A DNA stretch of 64,000 nucleotides from the IMG/VR virus record IMGVR_UViG_3300032307_000369, positions 62,001 through 126,000 of that record, one strand, 5' to 3'. The translations under genes were made by a program, and so were the position numbers. Under the pieces are notes generated by a model that did not search any database, was not told where the DNA came from, and was given only the letters and a program-made list of their open reading frames with translations. Positions 18,101-27,174 of this stretch are shown piece after piece (within the stretch, counting starts at the first letter, position 1; each line of letters starts with the position of its first letter).

Positions 18101-21100
18101 GCCTGCAATTCCTCCAAGTACTACCCCAAGAGCAACTGATGTTGATGGAAGAGTTTATACTATTACTTCTGTTAACAGTCACACGTTTACATTAGATGGA
18201 AGTGAAAGCACTAATTATATAAATGATTTAGGAACTTATAATTTTGCTGACTTACCAGCTCGTGCTATATCTAATCTAGTAATTGGAGCACAAGATGTTG
18301 TGTTTTCAATTAAGGGAGATCCTAGTCCATCTAATATTACAGGTAGAGCTAGATTTGATGGCATTCCAGGCGAAAACCAAGCTGGACAAAATGTATTAAA
18401 ACTTCAACGACTACAGCGTCCAGCTGTTGTTGGAATGAAAACAACTATTCCTGGCGGAGTGTTGACCTACACTGTAACTGATGTTACTGAAAAAGTAGTT
18501 ACATTTAAACCATCTCCAAGACCAGCACCTACTGGTGACAATGATAATAAAATTGGTGCACAAACCATTTATATCTACACCACTACAGATATAACTACAG
18601 GTGCTATTAATGGCACAACACTTACTGCTACTAATTTAGATCAAAATAATGTTGGACAATTAGTCACAGGAGCCACTGTAGCTGACAACACATACATTAT
18701 AGCAGTGACCAGTCCTACAACAGCGACTGTGTCAATAAGTCAAACTGTTACTAACAGAACTTTAGAATTAAGTTGGGTTCCTAAAATAGGCTGGAGTTTC
18801 CAGCATTTAGACACCAACATGGGTCTACAGTTAAATTATACTAGATATACAATTACTGATACTCCAGTATATGATGCTGTATCAAATAGATGGGCTGTTA
18901 CCTTAGATGTTCCGCTAACAGTCAATATGCAAAATCAAGAAGCAACTGGTCAAACGACTATTGTTGACGGAATTTGGGACGTTACTTTAAACTATGATTT
19001 AGAAACAAGCATCGCTAACAGTGTAAACCCAGTATCATTTACGTTTGTTGATTCGTATTGGGTTACAAGCATTGATCCGTCATTGACCAACCCAATACCT
19101 ACTGTTACTGATGAATACAATAGAGTACGTGCTCGTAAGATTAATTTATATCAGCAAAAGACAATTAGTGTAAGTCAAATTTTAAACAGACCTGCTATTA
19201 TTAACAGCTCTGCTTTAAGATTCTCATCTTCAAACTATGATCCAAGTATATATCGTATTTTAGGTAAAACTTCTGATGGCGGTATTACACAAGATAGATA
19301 TGCTGTTACTACTACTATAAATCCACTTAGTGGTCTTAATACGAATGCTGTAGAGAAAGTATTAGCAAACAAAACTTGGATACAGTCTGAAGTTATTAAT
19401 TACTTGGCTACAATTTATCCTAATTTCCAATACAATGTTAACACTTGTTATCGTGACGTTGGATATATTATCGATGCAGTACTTTATGACTTAACTTACG
19501 GCGGTAACGTAAGAAGCCGTGCCGCTGGTATTAGTTATTACCAACAAGGTAATCCAAGTGCGGCTCTTGTATTAAGTCAGCAAAAAGTAGAAACAATTGA
19601 TGCAATTAATTTTGCGACCACTGCGGCAATAACTGCCTTAAATCAATATAGTGGCGCAACAGTACCTCAATTACAACTACCATATCGTGGAAGTAATTTA
19701 AACGGTGTTGCACAATTACAGGCAAATAAACTGTTTATACAAGATGAAGTTATTGCATTCTTAGCACAAACATATCCTACTTTACAGTTCAATCAAACTA
19801 CTTGTCGTAGAGACGTTGGATTGATTATTGATGCTGTTGCATACGATTTAGAGTATGGTGGTAACGTGGCAACTAGAACGGCTGCTCTAGCATACTATGA
19901 TGGATCAACAAGCTCACAGTATGTGTTGTCTAATCAAAAAACCCAAACCATTGCTGCCATTAACAGAGCATCTACAGTTGCTCAACAAATTGTTTTAGAA
20001 ACTGCTGTAACTGCGACTGCTGGCAACACTGCAACACAAAATACTGCTGGTACTCCTGGAGTTGCTGGTGTTGATGACGTAAGAGTTCAAACATTAATGA
20101 ACATTATTACTAATGTTCTACAAAATGGTACTTCTGTTGCTCCAACTAGAAATTTAGGAATTAGAAGAAGTTATCAAGATCCTCTAGGTGTAGAGTATGC
20201 CCCACAAAGTATTGACAGTGGCATTGTAGCAGAAGCCGGTGCTGCCACAGCATTGCAAGCTCTAATGGACCAAATTGTAGCCATAATTGAATTTGGCACT
20301 ACAGGCCCGCATGTTGTTGTACAGCCACAAGTGTTAGATACTTTACAGGCAATTGATTTCCCACCAACTGCAACATCATTACAATATGGCGCAGTATTAA
20401 CTGGTCCTGGAATTCCTAAAGCAGGAGTTAACGGCGTTACCGAAGATACATTTATTAGAACAGTGACTCAATTGTTTGATGAAAATCAAAATACAATTGG
20501 CTACAGAGCTAGAATTAGTGCGCCAGTAACACAAGCAATTCCTGCTGGTACAGAAATTGTTATTACTGGTCCTGGTAGTGACTTCTTATTTGATCTAAAC
20601 ACTCCACTAGACCTTAGACACTTAGCAGGCGATGTAATTGGTATCACTACCACATTCTCAACTGTACGTGCAACTGGTCATGATTTCTTAAACGTTGGGG
20701 CAGGTGGATATGATGACTCTAACTATCCTAATAACGTTTATGGTCAACCAGTTAATACGCCATCTGACAGTGCAATTGCTAAAGAGGTTGGGACTGGTCG
20801 TGTGTTCCACGTGTCAACTGATCAAAATGGTAATTTTAGAGTAGGTAGCTTCTTTAACGTTAACCAAGGTGACGGATCTGTTAGTATTAGTGCTAAAATT
20901 GGTTTAAGTGCTGTTACAAGTTTAAGTTTCTTAACTGGTGCAACCGTTAACCAATTCTCAACTGATTCTAAGTTAGACGACAATAGTGACAACATTGTTT
21001 CTACACAAAAGGCAATGAAGACCTACATCAATAACTTGATTGACGGTCGTTTTACAATTGACAATACTGATACTCCACAACGTGGTCTATTAAGACTTGA

Positions 21101-23717
21101 CGGCGAAAGTATCATGGTTGGTGATTTAGATGTTGGTTTGAACAGTGTTGAACGTATAGTAAACAGTCCAAACAATGACGGCAGTGTTAATAGAAAGTAT
21201 GTTGACAATGTGTTTGCTGGTGGATCTATTGATTACGATGGTTCTTATGCAATTGAAACAACTGGTCGTAGAACAGATGTATTAGCGTTCACTATGATAA
21301 CTGACAACACATCAGTTGGTGGTGTTCCAAATAATAGGGGTGGAATTGATCTTAATGACAATAAGATACAACGCCTAAAATCTCCAACTGAATTGACCGA
21401 TGCAGCCAACAGAGCGTATGTTGATCAAACAATTGCTACAGGCGGTGTAAGATTAGGTTGGACTGGATTCACTCTTTCTAATACTAATATAAGAAATACA
21501 GTATCTAGCATAAGCATGGTAAACAACGGTGGAGGATATCTTGTTCCACCAGCAGTTGTACTTTATTCTACTAGTGGTACTGGTGCTGCCGCAAGAGCAG
21601 TATTAACTGCTGGTACTGGTGCTAGAAGCGTTAATAATATTATTGTTGATATTGGTGGCTATGGATACACAGAAGCTCCAATTGTTATTATTGGCGGTAG
21701 TGTCTCTAACGTCAACGTAAACAACTCTGGAACTGGATATAGCAGTGCTCCAACACTAACATTTAGTGCTCCTCCAGTTGGCGGCATTAGAGCTACTGGT
21801 TATGCAGTCATGCAGGGAAGTGGCTCAAATCAAATTATTAGTAGCATTGTAATTACAAATGCTGGTGTAGGATATACTCTTGCACCAACTATTGCATTGA
21901 GCGGTGGAGGTTCACCTACTGTAAATGCAATTATTACTGCTGTCCTACAAGCAGGATCAGGCGCAACTGCTACAGCAAGTATCACTGCTACTCAAAGAAA
22001 TATTGATTTAAATGGCAACAAGGTCACTGGTTCAGCAGACCCAACACAAAATACAGATTTAGTAACATTAAATTATTTTAATACTAAAAACTTTATTGGT
22101 GAGATTGCCGATGTAACCATAACCAATGTTCCTGGAAGCGGAGATTTATTGGTCTTTACAGGTACTGTACCAGCTGGAAGTAAAGGGGCTATGGTCAACG
22201 TAGCTGTTGATTCTTCTAGCGATATTTCTTTTGTAAGAAGTGCCAATACAATCACTGTTAATATTAAAGATAATGCTATTATTGATAGTAACATTGCTCC
22301 AAATGCCGCAATACAACAGACTAAGCTATTGTTAAATCGAGCAAATGCTGTAGTTGAAGGTGCTGGCGCAGGTGTTGGTGACTTTGGTATAGTAGCTGTT
22401 AACTCTGCTGAATTTATTAGTGACAGTGGATTAATTAAACTTCGTCAGTCAGAAAATAAAAACACTGGTGTTCGTTTAGATAGAATGCAACAGATTACAA
22501 ACTATCGAATACTAGGAAGATATAATTCTACTGAAAGTGAAACTTCTGTTGGACCAGTAACTGAAGTTCCAGTTGGGGACTTAAAACAATTACTAGGACT
22601 AAGTGCTGCCACAGTTCAAGTGCTTATTAGTGATGATATTTTGGGTGGTAGACAAGTTGACAGCGGCAATCCGTTAAGTCCATTACTTGCTACTAACTGG
22701 AATGGTAGTGCATCTTTTGGTGCTCTACTAAGACGTGGTGGCACAATGATTGGTAAGATTGTTATGACTGATGCTGGCGGATTGCCAGCAGGTGATCCAA
22801 ACATTACTCCAATTATTGGTGTAGGTGCAGGTCTCACAGACAAGTTAGACATTGGTACTAGCGCATTACGTTTCCAAAGTGTGTATGCTAAAAACCATTT
22901 TGGTGATGTTTTCCGAGGAACAACATTTGGAAGCGCAACTGCTCCAACAAGTCAAGGTGGTGGTGCAATATTTAATGGTACTGCTACATTTGCTGGAAGT
23001 TCTGGTGCCTTACAATACGCACTAGTAACTCCTGTAGGTGGTGATCTTGCTCTTAGAGTAGGAGCAAACAATGTAACCTTTAATGGAAGTCAAGAAGTTA
23101 CAATTAGCGTTTTAGCAGAAACTGGCACTGTAAACAATAGTCTTGTAAGAAGAACTAGTGATGGTCAAATTAATGCAAGTCAGTTTAATGGTCCGCTAAC
23201 TGGGTTAGCCACAAGTGCTACTAATTTAAGATTAGGAACAACTGACTATCCTGCAAGTGATAGTGCAAGCAGTACTTCAGTTCCATTACGTATTAATGGA
23301 GTGATAAAGGCTACAACATTTGAAGGTAAGGCAACTAGTGCTAACTATGCTGACTTGGCTGAGAATTATCAAGCAGACTTTGCATATGAGCCAGGAACAG
23401 TACTTGAGTTTGGTGGTGCATACGAAGTAACTATTGCGCAAGACGAAACTAGAAAAGTGGCTGGCGTTGTTTCAACAAACCCAGCGCATTTAATGAATAC
23501 TGAATTACAAGGAGAAAATGTCGTAGCACTTGCACTGCAAGGTCGTGTTCCATGTAAAGTACGTGGTAAAATTAGTAAAGGCGACTTGATGACTAGTGCT
23601 GGCGGCGGGTATGCTCGTCCAACACACGATCCAAAAATTGGAACAATAATTGGAAAAGCGTTAGAGGACTTTGATGGTGTTGAAGGTGTCATTGAAGTAG
23701 TTGTTGGAAGATTGTAA
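15183..23717 (+). CDS. giant tail fibre / baseplate-attached adhesin (~2840 aa)
   Basis: gp9/gp10-like N-terminus NIG...NDGTGD.IR.AF.KVN.NF; A.TR.YVD neck motifs; beta-helix-like region; G.GY..AP repeats; C-terminal ADLAENY autoproteolytic chaperone-like domain. Confidence 0.8.
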   Translation: MARKDVNIGLTGNDGTGDSIRDAFSKVNANFQELYASQGLEAGLTFDNLVDVIKPLRPNTVLGLDSLGKTIVSRDLEAAVGISIDTVSDPSKIIFSIANVQIRQDPTPTLSNVLDGSGFKLSFIGDPENDQDAVTRKWVYQNFLNRDNIDKLGTFDLAAGSVMRQNFKISPTPDNGNINAGTKIINVFGSDGVTPKTDVQLKFQATHPAHATRKDYVDTKLSLQGTETLDPATGFVNKGMGVMTGPLILNDHPGQYVEIDRKPDGTLFVQEDYRAATRGYVDSKTYSAAGNIFVSTKGNDDMWDFDNNRPNPIYGYPEEEIGRSWSKAFKSVNAACRYATRIIDAVELQNIPYQVTPQQISRWAPPFTTPITSPRTRVRVSLQNHGFKDGDYVLVSGAILGSLDTRNLNGIHRVNALDVNNFELNLKSLVTWPNPEVAPGGTISISLANKKDGPYSEISKVDFGFRGFFVPKPEITIMVESGVYFEEAPMFVPPNCAIKGDEFRRTLIKPKPGPVNPDNQLTKFVRGDRSQSATFWYNSHYYNQLSRSVGTTNVVGSTKLEIKNSPYRPKSGMRFIVGTLGGIPNVYRVGREVNIVYKEPNPDLNIAPGTYIMDIVDDNGDPKPLATGIPDSTTIEFLLDHEHCDAMLVADAFQLRNITVIGFKGFAMAFDPKRQIKTRSPYAQVGAVFAGEGGGGQLVDGMSGNQVCYVLDTSYTDPFTGTQGSSGLKMTVTGLVRTPETPNTFFLAKKKYVIIDSTTPDSNGTATLTLSTTTPIEVDDTYLPAGFIPNGSQILIETAGNRSMLSNDFTMINDLGYGLVCENNGVAEAVSQFTYYCRASYLSRSGGQIRSVTGSSCYGIIGLQSEGSDPNEAIQIGRIKTDIGNIMQVYIDDPSADGNQGAVSLVMGGLASKPIRNSTFKLTKHEIIIKNIARARLSGGTLTTGPLVVTTYYPHPFSTGESVQMTSVRGLQLPAIPPSTTPRATDVDGRVYTITSVNSHTFTLDGSESTNYINDLGTYNFADLPARAISNLVIGAQDVVFSIKGDPSPSNITGRARFDGIPGENQAGQNVLKLQRLQRPAVVGMKTTIPGGVLTYTVTDVTEKVVTFKPSPRPAPTGDNDNKIGAQTIYIYTTTDITTGAINGTTLTATNLDQNNVGQLVTGATVADNTYIIAVTSPTTATVSISQTVTNRTLELSWVPKIGWSFQHLDTNMGLQLNYTRYTITDTPVYDAVSNRWAVTLDVPLTVNMQNQEATGQTTIVDGIWDVTLNYDLETSIANSVNPVSFTFVDSYWVTSIDPSLTNPIPTVTDEYNRVRARKINLYQQKTISVSQILNRPAIINSSALRFSSSNYDPSIYRILGKTSDGGITQDRYAVTTTINPLSGLNTNAVEKVLANKTWIQSEVINYLATIYPNFQYNVNTCYRDVGYIIDAVLYDLTYGGNVRSRAAGISYYQQGNPSAALVLSQQKVETIDAINFATTAAITALNQYSGATVPQLQLPYRGSNLNGVAQLQANKLFIQDEVIAFLAQTYPTLQFNQTTCRRDVGLIIDAVAYDLEYGGNVATRTAALAYYDGSTSSQYVLSNQKTQTIAAINRASTVAQQIVLETAVTATAGNTATQNTAGTPGVAGVDDVRVQTLMNIITNVLQNGTSVAPTRNLGIRRSYQDPLGVEYAPQSIDSGIVAEAGAATALQALMDQIVAIIEFGTTGPHVVVQPQVLDTLQAIDFPPTATSLQYGAVLTGPGIPKAGVNGVTEDTFIRTVTQLFDENQNTIGYRARISAPVTQAIPAGTEIVITGPGSDFLFDLNTPLDLRHLAGDVIGITTTFSTVRATGHDFLNVGAGGYDDSNYPNNVYGQPVNTPSDSAIAKEVGTGRVFHVSTDQNGNFRVGSFFNVNQGDGSVSISAKIGLSAVTSLSFLTGATVNQFSTDSKLDDNSDNIVSTQKAMKTYINNLIDGRFTIDNTDTPQRGLLRLDGESIMVGDLDVGLNSVERIVNSPNNDGSVNRKYVDNVFAGGSIDYDGSYAIETTGRRTDVLAFTMITDNTSVGGVPNNRGGIDLNDNKIQRLKSPTELTDAANRAYVDQTIATGGVRLGWTGFTLSNTNIRNTVSSISMVNNGGGYLVPPAVVLYSTSGTGAAARAVLTAGTGARSVNNIIVDIGGYGYTEAPIVIIGGSVSNVNVNNSGTGYSSAPTLTFSAPPVGGIRATGYAVMQGSGSNQIISSIVITNAGVGYTLAPTIALSGGGSPTVNAIITAVLQAGSGATATASITATQRNIDLNGNKVTGSADPTQNTDLVTLNYFNTKNFIGEIADVTITNVPGSGDLLVFTGTVPAGSKGAMVNVAVDSSSDISFVRSANTITVNIKDNAIIDSNIAPNAAIQQTKLLLNRANAVVEGAGAGVGDFGIVAVNSAEFISDSGLIKLRQSENKNTGVRLDRMQQITNYRILGRYNSTESETSVGPVTEVPVGDLKQLLGLSAATVQVLISDDILGGRQVDSGNPLSPLLATNWNGSASFGALLRRGGTMIGKIVMTDAGGLPAGDPNITPIIGVGAGLTDKLDIGTSALRFQSVYAKNHFGDVFRGTTFGSATAPTSQGGGAIFNGTATFAGSSGALQYALVTPVGGDLALRVGANNVTFNGSQEVTISVLAETGTVNNSLVRRTSDGQINASQFNGPLTGLATSATNLRLGTTDYPASDSASSTSVPLRINGVIKATTFEGKATSANYADLAENYQADFAYEPGTVLEFGGAYEVTIAQDETRKVAGVVSTNPAHLMNTELQGENVVALALQGRVPCKVRGKISKGDLMTSAGGGYARPTHDPKIGTIIGKALEDFDGVEGVIEVVVGRL

Positions 23718-23754
23718 GATATCCTAAAATAAATAAGATGAACAGGAACGAAAA

Positions 23755-26700
23755 ATGAGCATTCAATACATAAACATTGGTTCTAACGCAAATGACGGCA
23801 CTGGCGATGATTTGCGAACTGCATTTTTAAAAGTAAATGATAATTTTCAATTACTTGCAACCATAGGTGGAGAGACCAATATTGGTGCAAACCTTGGTGG
23901 TGGCGGGGGACAAGTTTACGCAGGTAAAACTAATGAAACACTTAATTTTAGAACAATTGCTGGTGATGTTAATTCAGGCATAACCGTAAATCAGTCTGGC
24001 AATGTTATTACGATTGCTAGTAATTTTAGTGTTCCTGCATCTATTACTACACTAATATCTGAAGATAACAGTGGTCAATTTACTACTACAAGCCCAGGAG
24101 CTACTTTTAGATTCAATGGCACTGGTGGCGTTACTACTAGTTTAAATGCTAATATATTGACCATTGACGGTCAATTTGCACTAGTGCAAGATACGTTGCC
24201 TTTACTAGGCGGTAATTTAGATTTAAATGGAAGTAATATTACTGGTTTAGGTAATATTAGTATTGTTGGCAATATCACTTCTGATAATTTAACTGTAGGA
24301 AGAATTGTAACTCCTGGAGTGTTTCCTGCAACTGCTACAATTAACGGTTCATTAACTGTTCGAGGATCAACAAGTTTACAAGCTGTTACTGCAACTTCTA
24401 TCGTTACTAACAATATTATAACTGCACCAGGATTTACAGCAACAAGTGGTGCATTTACTGGCAACCTTACTGGTAACAGCACTGGAACACACTATGGCAA
24501 CGTTGCCTTAAAAGTAGTTGATCCATTAGATCCTAACTATCCTGAAATAGTTATAGTTGATTCTGATACACAAACAATAACTGGTTCACATTTTGGTACA
24601 TTTAGTGGCGGTTTGACTGGTTCACTAATTACTGGCGGTCTAGCATTAGATGGTAATAGTATTACTGGTGAAGGTAGAATTGAAGTTACTGGTTCAGAAG
24701 TGCAAACTGGCACAATGGCATTTACTGTAAATGGAAGATTCCACGGTGGTGATTCACCTGCTGGCGTTGCTCCAGAAGCTGATCAAGGACCAGAGTCTGC
24801 CATGTTCACCATGACTCAACAGGTATATGGTTTTTCAGAGCCAATTCGATTAAGAACTGTAAGTAAGAACGGAAGCAATTCAATTCCACTTGGTCCTGGT
24901 ATACGATTTGAATCTGTTAATGAAATTGATCCTAGTGATCCAACAACTTATGACCCATTAAATCCGCCAACACAACCAGAATATGTTTTACATGGTTATT
25001 TGGGAGTGTTAAACTATGATAACGGTGCTGACACAAATCCCGATATAAGTGCATTTGTAGCTAGAGTTAGATCTGACGACGGTGACTTTGTACGTGATAT
25101 TATTATTGCTAGAGGTGACAATCGTGTTAGTATTTCTGGGCTTGATATAGAAGATAGTAAAATTAGTCCAAAATATGATGAAATAGCTTCTGGAGTTTTT
25201 GGAATAACTCCATCTGATTTGATTATTACAAACGGAGCAAGTAATCATTATATTAACTTCTATGGAGAATATGATCCAAATTTCCAAGATGAAGGTTTTG
25301 CAACTGGACCTGGCTACACTGGATATAGTTTTCCAAAAGTAATTGGTGCTCCTGGAGAAGTATTAACTGTACAATTAGGAACCAACTTACTAACTTGGGC
25401 CACACCAGGTGGTGGTGGCGGTGGTGGTGGAACAACTTTACTAAACTTGACTGATGTTCCAGACAGTTACGCTACTCATGCTGGCAAACTTTTAAGAGTT
25501 AAGTCGACCAGTGACGGAATAGAATTTACAAATAGTTTTAATGCCACAGTTACTGGTAGTTTAATTGGAAATGCTAGTACAGCGACTGCCTTACAAACTG
25601 CTAGAACAATCAATGGGTTTACCTTTGATGGTACACAAGATGTAACTATTGACACTCGTCAGATTGAAGAACTAAGACAAGTAGCCTCAAATGCCAATAT
25701 AGTTGGAAGTGGTGGCAGCATTGTATCAACTATAAATATTACCACCTTAGAATCTAACCTAGACGTTAATTTTGGAGAACCTTCAACTAATCAAGGTGCT
25801 AGAAAATTTAGAGTAGGCATGGACATTAAGGGAACACAGATCAGTAATCCAGTTATTACGAATATTTCATTAACTGGTGGAACATTCCCAACTCCAAATA
25901 ATGATAGAACTGTCGTTATAACAGTCACATTTGATGCACAAGTGGTCAATGCTGAGAGTAATATTACTATCACTGGTGAAGTGCAAAATCAGTGGTTTAA
26001 TGATGAAAAAGTTAGATCTGTATTCAGTGTGAGCCCTGGCAGTGCATTATCGTATACAAGTTCATTGGGGCTGTTTGCACTTAATGATTCAGTATCAAAT
26101 GTCAATAACACACTGGTAAGAAGAAATGGTAGTGGGCAAGTTTTCCTTGGCACTGCTTATGTTAGCACACTAACAAAAAATAGTGCTGATACTGAAATAA
26201 CTGTAACAAGTCCAATTTCTACTAATTCTAGTATAACATCATCTGCAAATATTACCACAACAGGCAGTGTTATTGCTGGGTTTATAACACTGACTGGAAC
26301 AGGTAATCAAACTATTTCATCTAGTGCTGGCACTAATATTATTTTGCAACCTGGAACAAGTGTTGATTTAAGCGGTAAGAAAATAACAAATCTTTCAATT
26401 GCGGCTCCAACAGCAGACAGTGATGCGGCAAGTAAAAAATATGTTGACGATGAAATCCAAGGTTTATTTGAAGAAACTTTTCAAGAATTACCTGTATCTG
26501 GAGATACTGGTGGCACGTTAAATGTACAGCGAAGTGCAATTTTTACAGTTGCAGGTAGTTCAAATATTTCTACATCGACCACCGGTACTGGTGTTCAAAT
26601 AAATTTAAAAAATACAATTTCTGGAGTCAGTGTTAGTGGAAACTTACCAGTTACTGGAAACGTAACAAGCTCAGGCGGGTTTATAAAAGGTGGTAATGTT

Positions 26701-27171
26701 AAAATAGATGGCAATGCTGTTACACAAACTGTTAATGGTAGTGATTTAAATCTAGTCCCTGGAGATTTAGGTGGTTCTGTTGTAGTAAGTGGTAGTGATT
26801 TAAAACTAGTAAACAGTAGACTATTCCTTAATGGTTCTGACACAATGGAGTTTCCACCTAATACATTAGAACAAAGTGTTACATTAGTTACTGCTACTAC
26901 GTTTATTAGAACTGCCAACTGGGTTGATGATTCAGCAGGACTAGCCTATGCTTCCATAGCTAACGGTACACCTGGACAAATTAAGACAATTATTATGGCT
27001 AGTCGTGGCACGTACGGTAATGCGCTAGACACAAGACCTAGATATTTGATATTAAGTGGTAACATTAATGGAGCCACTAGAACTGTAAACATTGCCGCTT
27101 CTGATCCTAACGGTTCAACAACGTTCTTGTTTTTGAACAACAGTTGGTGGCGAATTGCTCATGTGGCGTAA
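23755..27171 (+). CDS. tail fibre/baseplate protein (1138 aa)
   Basis: same NDGTGD N-terminus; P.LGGNLDLNG, L.DVP.SY, GNASTATALQTARTING, DAASKKYVD. Confidence 0.8.
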   Translation: MSIQYINIGSNANDGTGDDLRTAFLKVNDNFQLLATIGGETNIGANLGGGGGQVYAGKTNETLNFRTIAGDVNSGITVNQSGNVITIASNFSVPASITTLISEDNSGQFTTTSPGATFRFNGTGGVTTSLNANILTIDGQFALVQDTLPLLGGNLDLNGSNITGLGNISIVGNITSDNLTVGRIVTPGVFPATATINGSLTVRGSTSLQAVTATSIVTNNIITAPGFTATSGAFTGNLTGNSTGTHYGNVALKVVDPLDPNYPEIVIVDSDTQTITGSHFGTFSGGLTGSLITGGLALDGNSITGEGRIEVTGSEVQTGTMAFTVNGRFHGGDSPAGVAPEADQGPESAMFTMTQQVYGFSEPIRLRTVSKNGSNSIPLGPGIRFESVNEIDPSDPTTYDPLNPPTQPEYVLHGYLGVLNYDNGADTNPDISAFVARVRSDDGDFVRDIIIARGDNRVSISGLDIEDSKISPKYDEIASGVFGITPSDLIITNGASNHYINFYGEYDPNFQDEGFATGPGYTGYSFPKVIGAPGEVLTVQLGTNLLTWATPGGGGGGGGTTLLNLTDVPDSYATHAGKLLRVKSTSDGIEFTNSFNATVTGSLIGNASTATALQTARTINGFTFDGTQDVTIDTRQIEELRQVASNANIVGSGGSIVSTINITTLESNLDVNFGEPSTNQGARKFRVGMDIKGTQISNPVITNISLTGGTFPTPNNDRTVVITVTFDAQVVNAESNITITGEVQNQWFNDEKVRSVFSVSPGSALSYTSSLGLFALNDSVSNVNNTLVRRNGSGQVFLGTAYVSTLTKNSADTEITVTSPISTNSSITSSANITTTGSVIAGFITLTGTGNQTISSSAGTNIILQPGTSVDLSGKKITNLSIAAPTADSDAASKKYVDDEIQGLFEETFQELPVSGDTGGTLNVQRSAIFTVAGSSNISTSTTGTGVQINLKNTISGVSVSGNLPVTGNVTSSGGFIKGGNVKIDGNAVTQTVNGSDLNLVPGDLGGSVVVSGSDLKLVNSRLFLNGSDTMEFPPNTLEQSVTLVTATTFIRTANWVDDSAGLAYASIANGTPGQIKTIIMASRGTYGNALDTRPRYLILSGNINGATRTVNIAASDPNGSTTFLFLNNSWWRIAHVA

Positions 27172-27174
27172 AAT

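Noticed and set aside
15183-23850. Shared NDGTGD N-terminus of two tail proteins as a novel signal
   Set aside because: This is the known gp9/gp10-type baseplate attachment motif of T4-like phages.
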